NCBI GenBank assembly: GCA_963816135.1
Contig: CAWFJD010000014.1
Location: 16,687 to 80,686 of the forward strand
From: an uncultured Chloroflexia bacterium
GTDB taxonomy: Bacteria > Chloroflexota > Limnocylindria > Limnocylindrales > CSP1-4
Direction: 5' to 3'
DNA: 64,000 nt
Positions 58,172 through 64,000 of this stretch are shown in pieces. Position 1 is the first letter of the stretch, and each line of letters starts with the position of its first letter. A program made the translations under genes and the position numbers. Below the pieces are notes generated by a model. That model had not been told where the DNA came from. It saw only the letters and a list, made by a program, of their open reading frames with translations, and made no database searches.

Positions 58172-59443
58172 ATGCGCGGGAAGTGGCAACAAGATAGGTC
58201 TTCCGACTGGACGGCAGGCGAAGGCTGGATCCTGGACGATCAGGAGGTCGACGGACGATCCCCCGAGTCTCGCGAGCTGCGGCCGAGCGCGTTGAAGGCG
58301 TCCCACAAGCGCGATCCGAGGGCCGCGGTTGAACGCGAACGCTCATGGCGGCCGAGCGGCGGCCCAAGCGTCGGGCAGGATATCCACGAAGAACAGTCGG
58401 CCTACCGCCGGCCGGGCTCGGTGGCCGGCCAGGATGGCGGAACAGTCGGACGTTCGGGGCTACCCTTCGAAAGCGATCGAGAGGTCTCCCTGCGGGAATC
58501 GAGGCGTGCCGACCAGGCGGACAAGGCGGTCCAGGCCGCTCCGGCCGCCGGAATCGGCGGCGGCGCCGGCCAGGTCGACGCGGCGGGCGAGGTCGCCCAC
58601 ATCGGCCGGCGAAGACGTCTGCGGCCGGAGGTGGTCGCCCTGGTTCTGGGCGGCATGTTCGTGGTCGCGGCCCTCCTGAAGCCCTGGCCGAACCTGCCCA
58701 AGTCCACCGCCTCTTCGCAGCCGAGCCTCCTCGCCGCGGCGGCCACGAATCCCGCACCGCTGATAAGCCTTCCGTCGCCCCCCGGACCCGCGCCGACAGT
58801 GGACATCTACGCCCTGATCCCTCCGTACAACTACCGTCCCGGTCAGTGGCCGCCTCCCACGACCGGCCCGGCCGCCGCCAACGGCACTCTACCTGGCGCT
58901 TCCGCGTGGGGGTCCGTGGACTGGTCGTTCCTGACCACGCTTGACCCGCATGGCACGTGGGGAGTTGCGGCGTTGACTCTTCCCGCCGTAGGGCCGCGGA
59001 ACGGGCAATTGGAAGCCGCCACGACATGGGCGAAGGAAGTGGCACCCTGGAGCCCTTCGACGCTGACCGTGCCGCGAGGCTCGTCCGTTTACGGCATTGC
59101 CCTGACCTGGCCGGCCGGGCTCAAGGTGAATAGCGTGACCTTCGACTACCTGAGCCTGGTATCGCCAAAGGTGGGCGTCACACCCGTCCCCGCCCGGGCA
59201 GTCGCAACCCCGGTCTTGCCAACCCCGGGTCCCGCTCGAACGGAGGCAACGGGATCTTCGGGAACGCTCACCTCAGGTTCGTTCTGGATTCCACCGTCGG
59301 GCGACCTCCTGAGTCCGGTTCCCTCCAGCCTCCAGTCCGCCTGGCAGTCTTCGCCGTGGCCATGGCCGACGGGTCAATACCGGGCCAGCCTGGACACCAA
59401 CGCCGGCCGGATGATCGTGGTCCTGGATCTTCAGCCGGCCTGA
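58172..59443 (+). CDS. Hypothetical single-pass membrane protein with a Pro-rich extracytoplasmic region (true start probably well downstream of 58172)
   Basis: ORF 58172-59443. The only convincing part starts near RRRRLRPEVVALVLGGMFVVAALL (TM) and continues ..IYALIPPYNYRPGQWPPP..WSFLTTLDPHGTWGVAALTLP..GRMIVVLDLQPA. Confidence 0.5.
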   Translation: MRGKWQQDRSSDWTAGEGWILDDQEVDGRSPESRELRPSALKASHKRDPRAAVERERSWRPSGGPSVGQDIHEEQSAYRRPGSVAGQDGGTVGRSGLPFESDREVSLRESRRADQADKAVQAAPAAGIGGGAGQVDAAGEVAHIGRRRRLRPEVVALVLGGMFVVAALLKPWPNLPKSTASSQPSLLAAAATNPAPLISLPSPPGPAPTVDIYALIPPYNYRPGQWPPPTTGPAAANGTLPGASAWGSVDWSFLTTLDPHGTWGVAALTLPAVGPRNGQLEAATTWAKEVAPWSPSTLTVPRGSSVYGIALTWPAGLKVNSVTFDYLSLVSPKVGVTPVPARAVATPVLPTPGPARTEATGSSGTLTSGSFWIPPSGDLLSPVPSSLQSAWQSSPWPWPTGQYRASLDTNAGRMIVVLDLQPA

Positions 59444-59543
59444 CCTGGTCTCCGGCCGTTCAAACGGCCCGCAAAAGGCGCCTTGCGACGACTACCATCT
59501 GGCTGCGCCCGCGGTCCTGATGGCCCGGCTGCCTGAGGCCCCA

Positions 59544-60350
59544 ATGCGAAACCTGTTACCGATCGGCCGGTTCTCGGAGATGTGCCGGCTCTCGATTCCG
59601 GCCTTACGCCACTACGACGAGCTCGGCCTGCTGCCGCCCGCCGCGGTCGATCCGGATACGGGCTATCGCTACTACTCCGTCGTCCAGGCGGCGGACGCCG
59701 AGCGGATTCGCACGTTGCGCCTGCTCGAGATGCCGCTGCCCGATATCAAATCGATCCTGGCCGGGAATCCGGAACGAACGCAGGCGCTCCTGCAAGTCCA
59801 TCGCGAGAGACTCGAGCAGCAGGTCGAGCGCCAGCGCTACGCCATCGCCTTGATCGACACGATGCTTCGCGACGCGCCTTCCGCGGTCTACGAGGTCCAA
59901 CTCCGGGAAATCGGCGCGGTGTGTGTCGCCTCGATCCGGGATCGGTGCTCGTGGCAGGAGCTCGGCCCGTTCGTTCAACGGGCAATCGGCGAGATCGTGA
60001 GGACCGCCGCAAGCCAGGGCGTCCGGTTCGCGGGCCCGCCATACACGGCCTACCACAGCGCCGAATCGACCGAGAGTGAGCTGGACCTGGAAGTGGGAAT
60101 GCCCACGGACGAACCCGTGGAGCCAGGCGGTCGAGTGGTTCCAGGCACGTTGCCGGGCGGTCTCATGGCCACGACGATGCACTGCGGTCCGTACGAGGAC
60201 ATCTCGGGCGCTTACCGCGCCCTCGGCGAGTGGTTGACGGAGCGGGGCCACGAGACGGCCGGACCTCCGCGCGAGATCTATCTCGTCAGTCCGGAGAAAT
60301 CCCCGAACCCGAACGGCCTTCGAACGGAGCTCGCCTGGCCCATCGGCTAG
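59544..60350 (+). CDS. MerR family transcriptional regulator with a GyrI-like effector-binding domain (paralog 1)
   Basis: ATG at 59544 encodes MRNLLPIGRFSEMCRLSIPALRHYDELGLLPPAAVDPDTGYRYYSVVQAADAERIRTLRLLEMPLPDIKSIL. The C-terminal part is ..[35 protein letters not shown]... Confidence 0.85.
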   Translation: MRNLLPIGRFSEMCRLSIPALRHYDELGLLPPAAVDPDTGYRYYSVVQAADAERIRTLRLLEMPLPDIKSILAGNPERTQALLQVHRERLEQQVERQRYAIALIDTMLRDAPSAVYEVQLREIGAVCVASIRDRCSWQELGPFVQRAIGEIVRTAASQGVRFAGPPYTAYHSAESTESELDLEVGMPTDEPVEPGGRVVPGTLPGGLMATTMHCGPYEDISGAYRALGEWLTERGHETAGPPREIYLVSPEKSPNPNGLRTELAWPIG

Positions 60351-60522
60351 CCGCCATCCGTCGGCGCGGCGGCCACGGGCCGGCAGGTTCATCCAACCTC
60401 CACGCTCCCGCGGGGAACCTCCATTCCGCGTGCATCCGGCGGGGCGAGACTCGCCTCGGTCGGATCCGGAACTCAGGCTCTGTGATCGGTTCCGCAGCCG
60501 GCCGTGGATTTGGAGGTCTTCG

Positions 60523-60822
60523 ATGGCCTACGTCATCGCCGAACCGTGCATCGACCACAACGATCAATCTTGCGTCGCCGTGTGCCCGGTCGATTGCATC
60601 TCGTCGGTCCCGGGCTCGGACCGCAAGTTCTACATCGACCCGAACGGCTGCATCGGCTGCGGCTCATGCGAGCAGGCCTGCCCCAACGGCGCCATCTACG
60701 AGGCCGATGCACTTCCCGCGCAGTGGGCCGGCTTCGCCTGGGTGGACGAGACCTGGTTCACCGACCCGGGTCAGGCCCGCGGCGCGATCGACGCGGCCTA
60801 TCCCCAGGACCTGGCCTCGTGA
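60523..60822 (+). CDS. fdxA: 7Fe ferredoxin ([3Fe-4S][4Fe-4S])
   Basis: GGAGG plus ATG at 60523 encodes MAYVIAEPCIDHNDQSCVAVCPVDCI (Cx7Cx3CP) and CIGCGSCEQACP (CxxCxxCx3CP). Confidence 0.9.
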   Translation: MAYVIAEPCIDHNDQSCVAVCPVDCISSVPGSDRKFYIDPNGCIGCGSCEQACPNGAIYEADALPAQWAGFAWVDETWFTDPGQARGAIDAAYPQDLAS

Positions 60823-60832
60823 GCTCGATGAG

Positions 60833-61686
60833 ATGGACCTCCGACAGTTCCCGGCCGCCGAGCGCTCCGTCGCTTCGAAGCCTCTCCTCGACGGACTCTT
60901 GCCGTCCCTGCCAGTCAGACCGAAACCCCCGCTCGTACCGAATGCCACGCTGGCCGAGCGCGAGGGCATCACGCCCGACATCGCACGGCTGGTGGTTCGG
61001 CCGGATGGTCCCGTACCGGCGTTCCGGCCAGGCCAATACTTCTCGTTGGGACTGAACGTCGAGTCCGGCCCGATCCTTCGCCCCTACTCCACCGCCTCGG
61101 GCCGCGGTGCCGCGGACAGCCTGGAGTTCCTGGTCCGACGCGTTCGCACGGGCGCCTTCACGCCGAGTCTCTGGAGCTCAGCGTCGGCCAACGGATCTGG
61201 ATCGGGCCGCCGAAGGGTCTCTTCACGCTCGAGCCCGGCGACGAACGAACGCATCTGCTCGTGTCCGCCGGGACCGGCCTCGCGCCGTTCATCTCGATGC
61301 TGCCCGAGCTCGCGGGAAGACGGGTCGTGGTTGCGCACGGAGTCTCGTATCGGGCGGAGCTGGCCTACCGGGCGCGGCTCGAAGGACTGGCGGCCGAGCG
61401 GCCCGACTTCATCTACGCGCCAACCGTCTCCCGGCCCCGCGCCCCCGAGAATGCGGGCTGGTCCGGTCTCGTCGGCCGCGTGGAACGGGTTCTCGCCGGC
61501 CTTTGGGACGAGCTCGGTCTGACCCCGGACTCCACGGTCGCCTACCTTTGCGGCAACCCCGACATGGTCGAGGCTTCGCGCGAGGCACTGCTCGGGCTGG
61601 GGCTGAACCCCGCGGACATCGTTCACGAGAACTACTGGGCCGCCGGCTCGCCGTCCCCCCGTCCAGCGCCGGCCTCTGCCGAGTAA
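60833..61686 (+). pseudogene. Ferredoxin--NADP(+) reductase family flavoprotein; 1 frame break near 61180
   Basis: ATG at 60833 lies 10 nt after the fdxA stop. Motifs: RPGQYFSLGL, RPYSTAS (the RxYS FAD motif), then ORF 61261-61686 with VSAGTGLAPF (NAD(P) motif) and AYLCGNPDMV. Confidence 0.8.
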
Positions 61687-61709
61687 CCGCTGCCAGGGCC
61701 AGGCCGGAG

Positions 61710-61797
61710 CCAGCCCGGGGCAAGCGCCGGGCCAGCCCGGGGCAAGCGCCGGGCCAGCCCGCAGCCGGCGCCGGGCCAGCCCGCAGCCGGCGCCGAG
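61710..61797. repeat. 22-nt tandem repeat x4 (two variant pairs)
   Basis: ccagcccggggcaagcgccggg x2 (61710-61753), then ccagcccgcagccggcgccggg and ccagcccgcagccggcgccgag (61754-61797). The repeat starts 24 nt after the reductase stop. Confidence 0.85.
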
Positions 61798-62120
61798 CCG
61801 GCCTGACCCGATCTTCCGAGTTTCCCATCAGGCGAGAGTTACGCGAGGCCCTGTACTCCTGCGGGCCACTGCCAACCCGAACGTGACCCTCTGAGGAGCC
61901 CGACAAGGCCACCATGCGACCGATCTTCCCGCCCTATGGCAATTCCGTCGGATTCCCCTCCCGTTCTCACTCCTCCGGGACCCACCCGGGGCCTGACTCT
62001 GTCGATAGCACTCACGGGGAGTGAAACTCGGAGACATCGGGATGGCGACGCGCCCGCGCGGATTCGTGCCGATGCGGGGGCCTCTCCCGCCGGCTACGAT
62101 CGAAACTGCCGCAAGGGACT

Positions 62121-62134
62121 TGACTCTCGAGTCA
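62121..62134. promoter_or_regulatory. Dyad TGACTC-TC-GAGTCA overlapping a TTGACT -35-like hexamer upstream of MerR paralog 2
   Basis: ggacTTGACTCTCGAGTCActtgag, with the direct repeat ACTTGA at 62118 and 62134. I found no convincing -10 element. Confidence 0.3.
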
Positions 62135-62201
62135 CTTGAGGGTCCAGGCTGGGTCGCGTTCAGGTATCCGGGTCCAACTGACCCGGGCCAAAGGGGAGTC
62201 G

Positions 62202-63014
62202 ATGCGCAACCTGATGCCGATAGGCCGGTTCTCCCAGATCTGCCGGATGTCGATACCCACTCTCCGGTTCTACGACGAATCGGGCCTGCTTCGACCCGAG
62301 GCCGTGGATCGGGAGACCGGCTATCGCTACTACTCGATGGCCCAGGCGATCACCGCCGACAGGATCCGAACGCTCCGGTTCCTCGAGATGCCCCTGGCCG
62401 AGATCCGGACGATCCTCGAGGGAGACCGAGAGACTGAGATCCGGATCCTGGAAGGCCACCGAGTCCGGTTGACCGAACAGGCGGACCGGCAGCGGCGTGG
62501 GCTCGCGCTCCTCGAATTACTGATGCGGATGCGAAAGGAGCCTGGAATGGAGTACGAGATCCACCTTCACGAAGCCGAGCCGCAGTTGGCGGCATCGATC
62601 CGCGGCCGTGCCCTGTGGGGAGACCTGGGTGCGTTCATCCCCAATGCCATCCGGGAAGTGGCCGAGACCGTGGCCGCTCAAGGCGGCCCCTTCGCCGGCG
62701 CACCCTATGTGATCTACCACAGCGCCGATTCGACCGAAGCGGATCTGGACATGGAAATCGGCATGCCAGTTTCCAGGCCCATCCAGCCGACGGGGCGAGT
62801 CGTCGCCGCGACGATCGAAGGGGGCCTTGTCGCCTCCGTGCTTCATTGCGGGCCATACGAGGAAGTCGGGGGCGCGTATCGAGCTCTGGGCGAGTGGGTC
62901 CAGGAACATAGCCACGAGATGGCGGGGCCGCCTCGGGAGGTCTATCTCAGCGACCCGCAGACCGTCGCCGATCCGGCGGACCTGCGGACGGAGATCGTCT
63001 GGCCGCTCAGGTAA
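62202..63014 (+). CDS. MerR family transcriptional regulator with a GyrI-like effector-binding domain (paralog 2)
   Basis: GGGGAG plus ATG at 62202 encodes [72 protein letters not shown]. The C-terminal part is ..[35 protein letters not shown]... Confidence 0.85.
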   Translation: MRNLMPIGRFSQICRMSIPTLRFYDESGLLRPEAVDRETGYRYYSMAQAITADRIRTLRFLEMPLAEIRTILEGDRETEIRILEGHRVRLTEQADRQRRGLALLELLMRMRKEPGMEYEIHLHEAEPQLAASIRGRALWGDLGAFIPNAIREVAETVAAQGGPFAGAPYVIYHSADSTEADLDMEIGMPVSRPIQPTGRVVAATIEGGLVASVLHCGPYEEVGGAYRALGEWVQEHSHEMAGPPREVYLSDPQTVADPADLRTEIVWPLR

Positions 63015-63047
63015 CCATGAGGGACCGGCCTCGAGCCGAGAATCGAA

Positions 63048-63075
63048 AACGCCCGGCGGAAATCCGCCGGGCGTT
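63048..63075. terminator. Bidirectional terminator hairpin
   Basis: AACGCCCGGCGG-aaat-CCGCCGGGCGTT, a perfect 12-bp stem between convergent genes. It is preceded by A-rich sequence on the + strand (gaatcgaaaa). Confidence 0.6.
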
Positions 63076-63117
63076 CGAGTGTCTGCGAGGACACGGGGCG
63101 AACCGACGGTTCGCCTG

Positions 63118-63145
63118 TCAATTCCGCGGCTCGCCGCGGAATTGA
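63118..63145. terminator. Second hairpin immediately after the ppdK stop
   Basis: TCAATTCCGCGG-ctcg-CCGCGGAATTGA. A third short hairpin, GGCGAACC-gac-GGTTCGCC, lies at 63097-63115. Confidence 0.5.
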
Positions 63146-64000
63146 CTACTTGTCGTGCTGGGTGTTGAGGACGGCCTGGGCCGCCGCCAGCCGCGCCACC
63201 GGAACCCGGAAGGGCGAGCAGGAGACGTAGTCGAGGCCGATCTCGTTGCAGTACGCGATGGACTGCGGATCGCCGCCGTGCTCGCCGCAGATGCCGACGC
63301 TGAGGTCCGGGCGAACGCTCCGGCCCTTGTTCACGGCCATCCGCATCTCTTCGACGATGACCACGTCGAGGGTCTGGAACGGGTTGTACGGGAGGATCTT
63401 GTCCTCGACGTACTTGAGGAGGAAGCCACCCTCGGCGTCGTCGCGGCTGTAGCCGAACGTCATCTGGGTGAGGTCGTTGGTGCCGAAGCTGAAGAACTCG
63501 GCCAGGCCGGGCCCGGCGATCTCGTCCGCGACCCAGCAGGCCCGCGGGATCTCGATCATCGTGCCGAACGCGTAGTCGGCGCCGACGCCGGCCTTCTCGA
63601 TGACGGCCTTGGCCTCGGCCTCGAGGAGCTTCTGGGTCTCCTTGAGCTCGTTCACGTGCCCGACGAGCGGGATCATGATCTTGGCGTGCGGATCCTTGCC
63701 CGCGGCCTTCACGGCGATGGCCGCGAGGACGATCGCGCGCGTCTGGATCTTGACGAAGTCCGGGATCATCAGGCCGAGGCGGCAGCCGCGCAGACCGAGC
63801 ATCGGGTTCTGCTCGTGCATCGACTTGATCGTCGCGAGCAGATCCTTGTCTTCCTGCGTGGCCTTGTCGCCGGCCTTGCGTGACCTTGACGAGCTGATCC
63901 TCGAGGTTCGGGAGGAACTCGTGGAGCGGCGGGTCGATGAGGCGGATGGTGACCGGCAGGCCGCTCATCGCGGCGAGGATGCCCTCGAAGTCGCCCTGCT
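63146..64000 (-). pseudogene. ppdK: Pyruvate, phosphate dikinase, C-terminal PEP/pyruvate-binding domain (5' part outside the window); 1 frame break near 63875
   Basis: ORF 63146-63820 has [62 protein letters not shown] and [19 protein letters not shown]. Upstream, [16 protein letters not shown] is in another frame. Confidence 0.9.

Noticed and set aside
61710-61797. Possible CRISPR array
   Set aside because: The units are directly adjacent with no spacers. There are only four units, they are 22 nt long, and no cas genes are present in the window.
1-64000. Programmed ribosomal frameshifting as an explanation for the frame breaks
   Set aside because: There are too many breaks, in too many unrelated gene families, often several per gene. 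The junctions I examined are short homopolymer-type runs rather than slippery heptamers followed by downstream structures.

Overview
Very GC-rich bacterial chromosomal DNA. Third codon positions are almost all G/C, so long 'shadow' ORFs occur in most frames. Gene content looks Actinomycetota-like (F420-type luciferase-like oxidoreductase, 7Fe ferredoxin, PafBC-like WYL regulator, CUT1 sugar transporter without its own ATPase), but I cannot place it more precisely. I can support about 55 protein genes on both strands. I found no rRNA, tRNA, CRISPR array, transposase, integrase or phage genes. The main blocks are listed here. (1) 0-8 kb: methyltransferase fragment, Ca-binding lipoprotein, S9 peptidase, Crp/Fnr regulator, and an ECF sigma factor with a coupled membrane protein. 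(2) 8.2-17.8 kb: a minus-strand run of ung and a DDAH-like gene, preceded by a LacI-controlled sugar operon (SBP, two permeases, beta-lactamase-fold hydrolase, P-loop kinase, GH13_18 phosphorylase). (3) 18-21 kb: a large secreted S53 peptidase. (4) 21-36 kb: mixed small genes, an uncharacterised ~439-aa protein next to a stand-alone Pnkp-type kinase, a multi-GAF histidine kinase, glutamate decarboxylase, and MurJ followed in frame by a C39-like domain. (5) 36-64 kb: housekeeping and regulatory genes (threonine dehydratase/LysR, MFS transporters, vWA lipoprotein, manA, oxidoreductases, SPFH, RHH-NUDIX-ABC ATPase, WYL regulator/DUF72, hybrid kinase, two MerR/GyrI paralogs around fdxA-FNR, partial ppdK). 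About 23 genes are readable only after stitching 1-6 frame changes. I mark these 'pseudogene' as assembled, but they look more like indel errors than gene decay. I did not find a clear, self-contained novel system. The best leads are: a ~190-nt intergenic element present twice with helically phased ACGGCAA motifs; the unusual gene mix of the sugar operon; the MurJ-C39-like arrangement; the unknown 439-aa protein beside a kinase-only Pnkp homolog; and a triple-repeat domain on the S53 peptidase. Gene coordinates come from the ORF track plus manual codon checks. Small-motif coordinates were counted by hand and could be off by 1-2 nt.
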